Made by a program: the position numbers and the translations under genes
DNA from: Minisyncoccota bacterium
Lineage (GTDB): Bacteria; Patescibacteriota; Minisyncoccia; Phycocordibacterales; UBA1006
Direction: 5' to 3'
NCBI GenBank assembly: GCA_021734445.1
Contig: JAIPIY010000002.1
Location: forward strand, 32,786 to 96,785
DNA: 64,000 nucleotides
The notes under the pieces: model-generated
Seen by the model: only the letters and a program-made list of their open reading frames with translations
Database searches by the model: none
What the model was told of the DNA's origin: nothing
Shown here: positions 1-9,798 of the stretch, piece after piece
Position numbering within the stretch: the first letter of the stretch is position 1
Layout: each line of letters starts with the position of its first letter

Positions 1-338
1 ACACAGATAATGTGCGAGGGCATGAAGTCATACCCCCTTCCCAATGAAATTAGCTTGTGCAAAATCAATTTATCAAGGGTCTCAAGACCCTCGACAGAAT
101 CAACTTCTTGCCAGCCAAGCTTCATGCCCCAAATGACATATCTTGTAGATCCCCAAGAAGATGGGAACCCAAGATGATGACAATCACTCTTCCATGATTG
201 AGCCGGGGCAATCTTTAAATCAAATTTCTCTTTCAGAAAGAGTACGTGACGATTCATAGAAGCTGAACCGTTAGAATTGAATCCAGGACGGATAATTCGT
301 GTAAGAATCTCCTCCCTCAGTTGACGCAATGAATGCAT
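1..338 (-). CDS. Hypothetical protein, 5'-partial at the window edge (ATG at 338-336; the ORF runs off position 1)
   Basis: Manual reverse-complement translation of 1-338 gives an open frame (MHSLRQLREEILTRIIRPGFNSNGSASMNRHVLFLKEKFDLKIAP...) with no stop before the window edge. It is absent from the ORF track only because it is truncated. I recognise no family. Confidence 0.3.
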   Translation of the reverse strand, partial: MHSLRQLREEILTRIIRPGFNSNGSASMNRHVLFLKEKFDLKIAPAQSWKSDCHHLGFPSSWGSTRYVIWGMKLGWQEVDSVEGLETLDKLILHKLISLGRGYDFMPSHIIC

Positions 339-700
339 GGTAAATAGGTTTAAAGGGTTAGTGAAATGAACAACTGCATGTTGCTCGTTTTTTCAACAAA
401 CTTTTGCGGAAAAAACGAGCAACACTGCTGTAAAAAGCCGATGTGAATGTGCGATATTTCTTGGATATATAGTAGCATATATGACTATAGAAGTCAAATC
501 TTTTCGATTCAAGTTCAAGAAATAATTGTAATATTTACAAATCCAAACCCCACCTTAATCCCTACCTTTGCCGGCGAGGCAGGCTCCCCTTGGTAAGGGG
601 AGGAAGAACTACCCTATATATTTATTTCTCCCCCTTTTCAAGGGGGGAGACTAAGAGGGGGTTATAGGTTATAGATGTTACAGATCAGAGTTTTCTTTCA

Positions 701-728
701 ATATAAAAGATTCCCGCCTACGCGGGAA
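701..728 (-). terminator. Intrinsic terminator downstream of uvrB
   Basis: Hairpin TTCCCGC-CTAC-GCGGGAA (711-728) preceded on the plus strand by an A-run, which is a T-run on the uvrB strand, immediately 3' of the uvrB stop. Confidence 0.6.
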
Positions 729-758
729 TGACAACCCCTACACCACATGTAGTTAAGA

Positions 759-2789
759 TTAAAGATTCCTTACTTCCCCATTTTTTTCCTGCAAGATACG
801 TATTTCATCTCGCAACAGTGCAGCGGTTTCAAAATCCAATAGCTTTACCGCTTCGTTCATTTCGTGCTCACGCACCTTGATATATTTTTTTAGTTTTTTT
901 GTATCTTTCAAAATAGATTCATCCAATGCAATTTGATCAGCCAATGTTTTTGAACGCAATGATTCAATAGTTTCGGTAATGTCTTTGATATTTTTTTCAA
1001 TAGTTTTTGGTGTGATGCCGTGTTTCTTGTTGTAGTCCACCTGAATAGAACGTCTCCGGTCTGTTTCATCGATCGCTTTTTTCATGGCATCGGTAATTAA
1101 ATCTGCGTACAAAATAACGCGACCATGAATATTACGTGCAGCACGTCCAATAGTTTGAATTAAAGATGTTTCTGAACGCAAAAAACCTGCCTTGTCAGCA
1201 TCCAAAATACCTATCAAAGAAACTTCTGGTAGATCCAAACCTTCACGCAACAGGTTTACTCCAACCAAAATATCATATACTCCTCGACGAAAATCGGTCA
1301 AAATTTGTATACGTTCCATAGTTTTTACATCACTGTGTACATAGGTGGATTTTATTTTTTTATCTTTGAGATAATCATTCAAATCTTCGGCCATTCTTTT
1401 TGTTAATGTTGTTGCCAACACACGACGCCCTGCGGTGATTTCTTTTTGTGCTTCGGCTATAAAATCATGCACCTGTCCCTGATATGCACCATTTTCACGT
1501 AGCGGGCGAATTTCAATCACTGGATCAATCAATCCGGTTGGACGAATAATCTGTTCTACGATTTGTTCACTGGTCGTTCGTTCCAGATTTCCCGGTGTTG
1601 CAGAAATATAGATAACCTGACCTATACGTTTTTCAAATTCTTCATAGCGAAGAGGTCGGTTATCTTTTGCACTGGGTAAACGGAAACCATGTTCAACCAA
1701 TGTTTTTTTACGTGAAGCATCTCCTGCATACATTCCTGATAATTGGGGCAACGTAACATGGGATTCATCAATAACGGTCAAAAAATCTGGTTTTCCATCT
1801 GGTGTGTGCGGAAAATATGATAACAATGTTTCTGGTGGATCACCTGCATTTTTACCAGACAAATGTCGAGAATAGTTTTCAATTCCAGAACAATACCCAA
1901 CTTCGCGTATCATCGCCAAATCATAGGTGGTTCGTCGTTGAATTCTTTCTGCTTCGAGATTCAATCCCTGATCTTTTAAATACTGAATTTGTTCTTCTAG
2001 TTCTTGTTGAATACTGATTAGTGCTTTTTCTTTTTTTGCACCATCCGTCAAAAAGTGTTTTGCAGGGAAAATAAAACATTCTGAAACAGTTTCCATAATA
2101 CGCGAAGAAACTACATCAACTACAGTAATACTTTCAATAACATCTCCTGTAAAAGAAATCACGCGCATTGTTGTTTCAGATACTGGCACAATTTCAACCT
2201 TGTTACCCAAAGAACGAAATGTTCCCGAAGATAAATCTGCGTTTGTTCTTTCGTAATGCACTTTTACTAATTTTTCCATCACTTCGCGTTTCGAGATTTT
2301 TTGTCCAACCTGTAATAACAAATGACTGTCTTTATATTCTTCGGGTGATCCCAAACCATAAATACATGATACTGACGCAACGATAATTACATCTTTTCGT
2401 GTTAATAATGCTTGGGTTGATGCGTGACGTAATCGATCTATTTCTTCGTTAATACTGGCATCTTTTTCAATATACGTATCCGTAATCGGCATGTATGCTT
2501 CGGGTTGATAGTAGTCATAGTAGGAAACAAAATAATGCACCGCATGTGTTGGGAAAAATTCGCGAAATTCCTGGGCCAATTGTGCCGCCAACGTTTTATT
2601 GTGTGCAATAACCAATGTTGGTTTTTCTATTTGGGTAATGACATTTGCCATGGTAAATGTTTTTCCTGTACCAGTAGCCCCTAAAAGAGTTTGTTTTTGT
2701 AAATCCTTTTTCAATCCATCAACCAATCCAGTAATGGCCTGCGGTTGATCCCCTGCTGGAATATAACTACTTTCAAGATTAAATATCAT
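759..2789 (-). CDS. uvrB: Excinuclease ABC subunit B (UvrB)
   Basis: Walker A GATGTGKT, the conserved YIPAGDQPQAI start region, FVSYYDYYQPEAY, a helicase C domain and a C-terminal UVR domain. The track ORF starts with GTG at 2831; the ATG at 2789 (MIFNLESSYIPAGDQP) matches the E. coli N-terminus spacing. Confidence 0.95.
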   Translation of the reverse strand: MIFNLESSYIPAGDQPQAITGLVDGLKKDLQKQTLLGATGTGKTFTMANVITQIEKPTLVIAHNKTLAAQLAQEFREFFPTHAVHYFVSYYDYYQPEAYMPITDTYIEKDASINEEIDRLRHASTQALLTRKDVIIVASVSCIYGLGSPEEYKDSHLLLQVGQKISKREVMEKLVKVHYERTNADLSSGTFRSLGNKVEIVPVSETTMRVISFTGDVIESITVVDVVSSRIMETVSECFIFPAKHFLTDGAKKEKALISIQQELEEQIQYLKDQGLNLEAERIQRRTTYDLAMIREVGYCSGIENYSRHLSGKNAGDPPETLLSYFPHTPDGKPDFLTVIDESHVTLPQLSGMYAGDASRKKTLVEHGFRLPSAKDNRPLRYEEFEKRIGQVIYISATPGNLERTTSEQIVEQIIRPTGLIDPVIEIRPLRENGAYQGQVHDFIAEAQKEITAGRRVLATTLTKRMAEDLNDYLKDKKIKSTYVHSDVKTMERIQILTDFRRGVYDILVGVNLLREGLDLPEVSLIGILDADKAGFLRSETSLIQTIGRAARNIHGRVILYADLITDAMKKAIDETDRRRSIQVDYNKKHGITPKTIEKNIKDITETIESLRSKTLADQIALDESILKDTKKLKKYIKVREHEMNEAVKLLDFETAALLRDEIRILQEKNGEVRNL

Positions 2790-2865
2790 GATGTGCATTA
2801 TACATGAAAATACAAAGCCTGCGAACCACACGGTTCACAGGCTGATATATAGATCGATCCAAATT

Positions 2866-3522
2866 TTACAAACACAAACCTCTTTTGCGAATCCCTTCTT
2901 TTAACGTTTCAACATCATTAAAAAAATAATTTCCACCTGAAAGTTTGAACAAGACATCATGACGTACTTCAGAAAATGGCTTTGGGGAAATTGGCCCAAT
3001 CTGCAAATTATCCCCCAAAGAAGGACTAATAGCACAAATCGTAATCCCAAATTTCTCACTTATGGTATTCGCCATAGCCAATGCTTGATATTCGTCATTT
3101 AAAACCCCATCAGTAATGATGATAATAATTCGATTTCGAGGATAGTAACTTATACTGTCTCTAAATAATGCCCCAGCAATACTTAAAGCGGGCGCAAGAT
3201 TTGTCTCGAAACTTTTTGCTTTTCGTTTAAAATACCAATCAACGATTTTTTGCAAAGAATCATACCTATGAGTTAATAACATTTCAAGATGTAAAACATC
3301 TACAAATGAGACCAAACCAAACCGTATTTTATTTTGCTCTGGTGGAATACCAGAAATTAATTGATCTACGGCAGATACAACAAATGACTCGTCACCATTC
3401 ATTGATCCTGAAAAATCACTAACAATCACAATATCTGCATAGAGACAAGGTGTTTCTTTTTGAGAATATCCTTGTATAAAACATAGGCAGAAAAATACAG
3501 GCAAAAGAACGTTGGTTTTCAT
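2866..3522 (-). CDS. Secreted von Willebrand factor A (VWA) domain protein
   Basis: N-terminal signal peptide (MKTNVLLPVFFCLCFIQGYS), then the MIDAS motif DIVIVSDFSGSM and the later ITDG element typical of VWA domains. Confidence 0.7.
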   Translation of the reverse strand: MKTNVLLPVFFCLCFIQGYSQKETPCLYADIVIVSDFSGSMNGDESFVVSAVDQLISGIPPEQNKIRFGLVSFVDVLHLEMLLTHRYDSLQKIVDWYFKRKAKSFETNLAPALSIAGALFRDSISYYPRNRIIIIITDGVLNDEYQALAMANTISEKFGITICAISPSLGDNLQIGPISPKPFSEVRHDVLFKLSGGNYFFNDVETLKEGIRKRGLCL

Positions 3523-3635
3523 GAGAAAGAGCTTTAGTTAATCTATTTTTAGATTACATGATATAGCTTTAAAACACAACAGGAAGAAAAATATGGCAAT
3601 ATTGTTATCTGTGTATACCGCCCAACAAGATACAA

Positions 3636-4853
3636 TTAGTTGTGATAATATTTTTCTATAAAGTTTTTCTTATATTCAAAAAAAGTATCATTATGAATTG
3701 CCTCTCTGGCACCATCCACCAACTGTACCGTAAAATGTACATTATGTATTGATGCCAATGTTCCCGCCAGCATTTCTTTTGCATGAAATAAATGCGCAAC
3801 GTACGCACGAGTAAAATGTGTACAAGTATAGCAGGTGCACCCTGGTTCCAATGGCTGCATATCAGTTCGATATTGTGCGTTGGTAATACTGTAGGTTCCG
3901 CTGTGGGTATAGATTGTTCCATTTCGGGCGATGCGTGTTGGTGCAACACAATCAAACAAATCACACCCATGTTCAATACCCAACAACACATCCCCGGGTT
4001 CACCAATACCCAACAGATGTCTTGGTTTTTCTTCTGGTAATTCTTCGTTTACCCATTTCACTGCAGTACCTAAATCTTCTTTAGTAAAAGATCCTCCAAT
4101 ACCAAAACCATCGAACATATCTCCTGATTCGGTTTGCAATGATGCCAGCGTACGTGCTGATTCACGACGCAAATCTTCGGATTGACCACCCTGTACAACA
4201 CCCAACAACATCTGCTTTTTTTCTTTATCTAATTCGTTGTGCCGAATCAAACTTTGCAACGCCCACGCATGAGTACGATCCATTGCAGTTTTTTGATATT
4301 CATAGGATGCCTGTGGGCTAGTGCACTCATCAAATGCAAAAATAATATCAGCGCCCAAATTCCATTGAATTTCCATAGAACGTTCTGGAGTAAATCTATG
4401 AGTAGACCCATCTCGATGCGAACGAAATGTAACACCCTCGTCATCAACACGCGCCAATCGTTCATTATTTTTTGTTCCCCCTTCTGGATTTTTTTTAGAT
4501 TGATTTTGTGTTTGTGTTGCGACTTTTGATACATGTTCACCAAAAGCAGCACCTAAAGAAAACACCTGGAATCCGCCTGAGTCAGTAATTGTTGGACCAT
4601 GCCAACCCATAAAAGGACCAAATCCACCTGCATTTTTTATAATCTCATCTCCTGGTTCTAAATACAAATGATAGGTGTTTGCCAACACCACCTGTGCACC
4701 CATTGTTTTTACCATATCGGGAGTCAGTGCTTTTACGGTTGCCTGTGTTCCCACAACAGCAAAAGCAGGAGTTTGAATATCTCCATGAGGTGTATGTATA
4801 ACACCCGCACGCCCTAACGATCCTGGTATTTTTTTATGTAATGAAAAACTCAT
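3636..4853 (-). CDS. tgt: Queuine tRNA-ribosyltransferase (Tgt) with a ~25-aa low-complexity insertion
   Basis: GGFQVFSL, FDEC, LLGIG, and zinc ligands CTCYTCTHFTRAYVAHL. An inserted segment QTQNQSKKNPEGGTKNNERLARVDD lies between the conserved blocks. Confidence 0.9.
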   Translation of the reverse strand: MSFSLHKKIPGSLGRAGVIHTPHGDIQTPAFAVVGTQATVKALTPDMVKTMGAQVVLANTYHLYLEPGDEIIKNAGGFGPFMGWHGPTITDSGGFQVFSLGAAFGEHVSKVATQTQNQSKKNPEGGTKNNERLARVDDEGVTFRSHRDGSTHRFTPERSMEIQWNLGADIIFAFDECTSPQASYEYQKTAMDRTHAWALQSLIRHNELDKEKKQMLLGVVQGGQSEDLRRESARTLASLQTESGDMFDGFGIGGSFTKEDLGTAVKWVNEELPEEKPRHLLGIGEPGDVLLGIEHGCDLFDCVAPTRIARNGTIYTHSGTYSITNAQYRTDMQPLEPGCTCYTCTHFTRAYVAHLFHAKEMLAGTLASIHNVHFTVQLVDGAREAIHNDTFFEYKKNFIEKYYHN

Positions 4854-4860
4854 AGGATAA

Positions 4861-5721
4861 TTATTCTTCCAAAATTATTGGTTCGTCGTTGGGCATAATT
4901 TCTTCGTACGTTAGATCCAGCAATCTTACAAAACGAATTTTTTCTGGATGTACGGGTAATCGCACATATGTTTTTTGAAATGGATCACGAGAATCAAAAG
5001 AAACTTTTTCAATCACACCCGCAACAAAAGGAGCGTTCGCGTACGAAACAACGTCGCCCTGTTCTACAGCAACATGTCGTGGAATTTCTAATTGCATTTG
5101 ATATCCACCCTTACCGCGCATCATCAATGCAATGGGTTCTTGTTCTTCATCAGAAGAGATAAACATTACTGGTGTATCCATGTCTGCATGAGATATTAAT
5201 GAGATAACTGAATAACGAGAATCAACCAAAGAAACTTTCCCAATTAATATTCCCGATTCAGAAACTGCTCCCTGCCCTACTATTACGTTATCTAATGAAC
5301 CTTTGTCTATAATCATAGTATCACGTGAGTACGATGATTTCGTATGCACCACACGCGCAATCAAAGAAGAAAGATTTGCATTATCCAAACCAACTAAATT
5401 TAATAATTCGTTATATTCTGATTCAATCACTGTTGCTTTGTCTAATAGTATTTGTTCTTCGGTAACACGTTTTTCCAATTGTATTAATCGATGCATCAAT
5501 TCTTTTTTTGGTAACAATGACAATGATTGAACACTGTTTTCATCATCTCCCTGAATCGAAGACCAGACCGGTGAAACCATACGTATCATCAATGATTGAA
5601 ACCAAATGGCAGTAGGCCGAAATCCTACCAAGAAAAGAACCAATCCCACCACAAAGACAGTCAACGGCCAAATGTTTTTTATTCGAGATGTTGTAGAATT
5701 ATGATCGCGCATGATCTTCAT
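4861..5721 (-). CDS. mreC: Rod shape-determining protein MreC
   Basis: N-terminal TM, a coiled-coil and a C-terminal beta domain. It lies immediately downstream of mreB and overlaps it by 23 nt. No mreD follows. Confidence 0.75.
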   Translation of the reverse strand: MKIMRDHNSTTSRIKNIWPLTVFVVGLVLFLVGFRPTAIWFQSLMIRMVSPVWSSIQGDDENSVQSLSLLPKKELMHRLIQLEKRVTEEQILLDKATVIESEYNELLNLVGLDNANLSSLIARVVHTKSSYSRDTMIIDKGSLDNVIVGQGAVSESGILIGKVSLVDSRYSVISLISHADMDTPVMFISSDEEQEPIALMMRGKGGYQMQLEIPRHVAVEQGDVVSYANAPFVAGVIEKVSFDSRDPFQKTYVRLPVHPEKIRFVRLLDLTYEEIMPNDEPIILEE

Positions 5722-6745
5722 GATACGCTAATACGTCACGATATTCATCCAGATTTTCTAAAACGATTCCAGCTCCACGTGCAACAGCCGACAAAGGATC
5801 ATCTGCAACGTGTACCGGTATTTTCAAAATACCTTGTAACAGAGTATCCAACCCACGGAACAATGCACCACCACCTGTCAGATACATACCTCGTTGCATA
5901 ATATCAGAAAGAATTTCAGGAGGAGTTGTTTCGATGACTTCTTTTGATCCTTCGATTAATTCATGTAATGAACTAGACATCGCTTCGCGAATATCGGTAT
6001 CAGTTAACAAAACTTCTCGGGGTAATCCAGTAATTAAATCGCGCCCTTTTACCGTTGCTTCCATAGGTTCCCCATCTTCTGAAACAGATCCAATAGCAAT
6101 TTTTACTTGTTCAGCAGTTTTTTCTCCAATGAGAATTTTAAATTCATCACGCAAATACGAAACAATATCTTGATTAAAACGATCACCTGCAATTTTCATA
6201 TTTTTTGATTGTACAATTCCACCCAATGCAATAACAGCAATATCACTGGTTCCACCACCAATATCAACCACCATAGACCCAACAGGTTCCTGAACGGGTA
6301 ACCGAATACCAATTGCTGCTGCCATAGGTTCTTCGATAATATACACTTCACGGGCACCTGCGTTTCGTGTCGCGTCATACACCGCACGACGTTCTACATT
6401 GGTAATACCAGATGGAACACCAACCACCACACGTGGACGGAAAAATTTCTTTGACATTTTTTCTGTCTTTCCAATCAAATACGACAACATTTCTTCGGTA
6501 ATTTCAAAATCAGAAATAACGCCATCCACCAAAGGTCGAATTGCCTTGATATGCCCAGGAGTACGTCCCAACATTTTTTTTGCTTCTACCCCTACCGCAA
6601 CAATTCTGTTTGTTTTTGTGTTCATTGCCACAATAGATGGTTCATTGATAATAATTCCGTGACCACGCAAATACACCAAAGTGTTTGCCGTACCCAAATC
6701 TATTCCTATATCATTTGAAAACTTTTTGTATAATTTTTCTAACAT
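5699..6745 (-). CDS. mreB: Actin-like rod-shape protein MreB
   Basis: DLGTANTLVY, the phosphate-2 and adenosine motifs DIGGGTSDIAVI, and LTGGGALFRGL. Full length, 348 aa. Confidence 0.95.
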   Translation of the reverse strand: MLEKLYKKFSNDIGIDLGTANTLVYLRGHGIIINEPSIVAMNTKTNRIVAVGVEAKKMLGRTPGHIKAIRPLVDGVISDFEITEEMLSYLIGKTEKMSKKFFRPRVVVGVPSGITNVERRAVYDATRNAGAREVYIIEEPMAAAIGIRLPVQEPVGSMVVDIGGGTSDIAVIALGGIVQSKNMKIAGDRFNQDIVSYLRDEFKILIGEKTAEQVKIAIGSVSEDGEPMEATVKGRDLITGLPREVLLTDTDIREAMSSSLHELIEGSKEVIETTPPEILSDIMQRGMYLTGGGALFRGLDTLLQGILKIPVHVADDPLSAVARGAGIVLENLDEYRDVLAYHEDHARS

Positions 6746-6763
6746 ATCTGTGTGCTTATCCTT

Positions 6764-8017
6764 CTAAACGGTAAATCGTGCTATAAATTCATCGTATGAT
6801 ACCAATTCACTATCTGCAGATGTTCTTTTTTTAATTTCGACTGATTCTTGTTGTACGGTTTTTGCGCTGACAACCACTCGGTACGGAATTCCCAACAAAT
6901 CAGCATCGGAAAATTTTTCTCCTGGAGAAACCCCTTTTCGATCATCAAACAAAACTTCAATATTTCTTTTTGTTAATTGTCCGTACAATTTTTCCGCCTG
7001 TGCGATAACTATTTCATCTTCTCCTAATACCAATACATGTATTTGAAACGGAGCAACTGATTCGGGCCAAACAAGACCCTTTTCATCAGAGAACTTTTCA
7101 GCGATGACACCAATCATACGGGTTATCCCAATACCATATGAACCAAGATGCACTGGTATTGTTTCTCCTTTTTCATTTTTGAAATACAGCCCCATTTTTT
7201 CACATTTTTCTGTGCCAAAATTAAAAATATTACCCACTTCTGCTGTTTTTACTTGTTCTAATTCTTCACGAGAGATATTCAAATCTTTCAAAGTTTTTTC
7301 GTTCAATACTTCTTCGTTTATTGCAATATTTTTTTCGCGATTGATATAAATAATATCTTCTCCTGCTTCACAAATTGTTTGAAATTCATGACTGAATTCA
7401 GTAAATGCACCACCCGCAGCAAAAGTAACAAACGTATCTTCACCAACACCTAATCTATCAAATACCTTTTTATATGCATCGATAGTTTTTTGATAAAACT
7501 TTTCATGCTGTTCTGCATCTGTCGAATAAGAATACATGTCTTTCATGACAAATTCTCTTCCACGCATCAAACCAGATTTTGCCCGTAATTCATTACGTAG
7601 TTTTGTCTGAAATTGATATACATATATCGGCAAGTCTCTGAAACTTGAAATATGATTTTTAATCATTTCCGTAATCGGTTCTTCATGTGACCATCCAAAC
7701 CCAACCTGTCCACCTGCATGCAATTCAGATTTAAACCAAATATCAACAATATCATCGCTCCAACGATCAGTAGAGGTCCAAACATCTTTTGATTGAATAC
7801 CTGTCATAATGAACTCTTGCCCTCCAAGGGCATTCATTTCTTCACGGATTATTTTTTTTATATTATCAACAACCCGGAAACCCAAAGGTAACAAGTCATA
7901 CGCTCCAGCCATTTCTTTGTGCACATACCCAGCACGGATTAATAATTGGGCATTTTTTGCCATCTCATCCGCTGGTGCTTCTTTTCGTGTTTTAGTAAAT
8001 AATTGGGTTTGTCTCAT
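6764..8017 (-). CDS. proS: Prolyl-tRNA synthetase, short bacterial form lacking the INS editing domain
   Basis: The N-terminus MRQTQLFTKTRKEAPADEMAKNAQLLIRAGY aligns with E. coli ProRS. Class II motifs and the anticodon-binding domain are present, but the ~180-aa editing insertion is absent (the product is only ~418 aa). The track ORF begins with TTG at 8071; the ATG at 8017 fits the homology. Confidence 0.9.
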   Translation of the reverse strand: MRQTQLFTKTRKEAPADEMAKNAQLLIRAGYVHKEMAGAYDLLPLGFRVVDNIKKIIREEMNALGGQEFIMTGIQSKDVWTSTDRWSDDIVDIWFKSELHAGGQVGFGWSHEEPITEMIKNHISSFRDLPIYVYQFQTKLRNELRAKSGLMRGREFVMKDMYSYSTDAEQHEKFYQKTIDAYKKVFDRLGVGEDTFVTFAAGGAFTEFSHEFQTICEAGEDIIYINREKNIAINEEVLNEKTLKDLNISREELEQVKTAEVGNIFNFGTEKCEKMGLYFKNEKGETIPVHLGSYGIGITRMIGVIAEKFSDEKGLVWPESVAPFQIHVLVLGEDEIVIAQAEKLYGQLTKRNIEVLFDDRKGVSPGEKFSDADLLGIPYRVVVSAKTVQQESVEIKKRTSADSELVSYDEFIARFTV

Positions 8018-8171
8018 AACCCCCATACTACTTGAAAAATCCCTTTTGGTCAAAAGTATCTTGCGCAACAATTATTTGACTTTATTATAAACACATGATT
8101 AAATAAAAAAGAATCAAGGTGTCTGTGTTTGCAGAATACCCAATGGTTCATTTACATAACCTTACATAAAA

Positions 8172-8687
8172 ATGAGAACGATTCACTCACTCTCACCATT
8201 GTCTCAGAGTATCCTCGTCAGCAATCTTACATCTGGACGCATGGGCTACAGTTTTCGATTTCAAGGGGTTCTATTAGAGACTATTCCAGCATCTGAAAAA
8301 AGTCTACCAGTGCTAGAAATAATCGTAGACCTGGCAAAGGTTACCACGGAGAAATCTATACCTGTCCTGCTTCAAAGATTACCGGGGTGCAACAACCTTT
8401 CTGGTAATGAATTAATTCAGGAATCAATCAAATTACTTCCATCAGAAGAAGAGCTTCTTGGCGGAGTTATCCAACAAATCCTCATGTTAGAGCGTGGAAC
8501 TCAAACCATGGAGACTATGCTTGAAAAAATGCACCAAAAATTCTTCCTCTGCGCCAAAGACGATCATATTCAATTGGTCGAGTATGTTTCCCTTTTTAAT
8601 GTTTGGATGATTACCTCTAAGCCAATTGATCTTGACTATCAATTGGGAGGAAGTATGGGATCTTCTTTGCTTCTGGTAACGCAGTAA
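8172..8687 (+). CDS. Hypothetical protein
   Basis: ATG-initiated 171-aa ORF in the proS-rpsB gap with its own downstream intrinsic terminator (8707-8748). I recognise no domain. Confidence 0.4.
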   Translation: MRTIHSLSPLSQSILVSNLTSGRMGYSFRFQGVLLETIPASEKSLPVLEIIVDLAKVTTEKSIPVLLQRLPGCNNLSGNELIQESIKLLPSEEELLGGVIQQILMLERGTQTMETMLEKMHQKFFLCAKDDHIQLVEYVSLFNVWMITSKPIDLDYQLGGSMGSSLLLVTQ

Positions 8688-8706
8688 CCCAACATGTTCG
8701 CATGAA

Positions 8707-8748
8707 AGCCCCTTCAACTCTTATCGAAGGGGCTGTTTTTTTATTTTA
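8707..8748 (+). terminator. Intrinsic terminator
   Basis: AGCCCCTTC...GAAGGGGCT stem followed by a T-run. Confidence 0.6.
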
Positions 8749-9060
8749 CAATCAATAAAAAGAAACTCTTTTCCATAATTCTTTTTTCAAACATACCATA
8801 CTTTGACGGTCGTCAAAACATGGTATTATTTACCAAAGCATTTTTGTCGAGTTACATATAATAAAAATGCATTACGGGACCTACCTGCCGGCAAAGGCAG
8901 GTAGTAATTAGAAACTACCTATTGCCTTTTTGTCAGTTTTTTGTTATTATGCAGTACAGCTTGTGCATTGATGCACAGGTATTTTATATACCGTGTATCT
9001 TATGTAGGCAAGAAGCCACAACAAGCCATTATTCAAAAATTGTATTTAGATTTGTATTTT

Positions 9061-9774
9061 ATGTCACAAGACTCTATTAAAGAAATGTTCTCTATTGGTG
9101 CTCATATTGGGTATGGAAAAACACGACGTCACCCAACAGCACAACCTTTTATTTTTACTACAAAACAACGGACAGATCTTATTGATTTGACCAAAACTGC
9201 TGTACAGCTAGAAAAAGCAGAAGCTTTTCTACGGGAATTAGGTACAGGAAAGAAAAATATTCTTTTGGTTAGCACCAAAGCCGAAGGTCGTTCTTTTATC
9301 AAAGACGCTGCGGAAAAATTGGATATGCCATACATCAACGAACGATGGATTGGAGGTACATTGACTAATTTCGGGGAAATCAACAAACGTATCAGCCTTT
9401 TGCGAGACCTTCTTGCGAAAAAAGAAAAAAACGAATTAGTTTTTAAAACAAAAAAAGAATTACTAATGATTGAACGAGAAATTGAACGTCTTACAAAACG
9501 TTTTGGTGGATTAGTTTCACTGATGGGTATGCCAGATGCAATTATCGTTATTGACCCTCGCCATGAAGATATCGCTGTATTAGAAGCAGCTTCAAAAGGG
9601 ATTCCTGTTATTGCATTGGCTAACACTGACTGTAATATGAAAGATGCAGAATATATCATTACTGCAAATGACACTGCACCAACCAGCATTAAATACTTTG
9701 TACAACGATTGGTGACTGCATACGAAAAAGGACGAGAAGCATCAGTATCTCACACTGCAACACCAACAGTATAA
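9061..9774 (+). CDS. rpsB: 30S ribosomal protein S2
   Basis: MSQDSIKEMFSIGAHIGYGKTRRHPTAQPFIF aligns with the S2 N-terminus. The track ORF's 5' extension begins with TTG at 8941 and is not homologous. Confidence 0.95.
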   Translation: MSQDSIKEMFSIGAHIGYGKTRRHPTAQPFIFTTKQRTDLIDLTKTAVQLEKAEAFLRELGTGKKNILLVSTKAEGRSFIKDAAEKLDMPYINERWIGGTLTNFGEINKRISLLRDLLAKKEKNELVFKTKKELLMIEREIERLTKRFGGLVSLMGMPDAIIVIDPRHEDIAVLEAASKGIPVIALANTDCNMKDAEYIITANDTAPTSIKYFVQRLVTAYEKGREASVSHTATPTV

Positions 9775-9798
9775 TTTTATTCTTAATTTAAATTTATT

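Noticed and set aside
3931-4321. Tgt low-complexity insertion as a separate domain
   Set aside because: It is short, compositionally biased and in-frame. Treated as a lineage-specific loop rather than a feature.
3656-4552. Multiple 60-116 aa ORFs on both strands inside tgt
   Set aside because: Nested within or antisense to a well-supported conserved gene. No independent signals.
8941-9060. Longer rpsB reading frame starting at 8941
   Set aside because: First codon is TTG. The 40-aa extension is not S2-like and overlaps the structured leader, and a canonical ATG at 9061 aligns with the S2 N-terminus.
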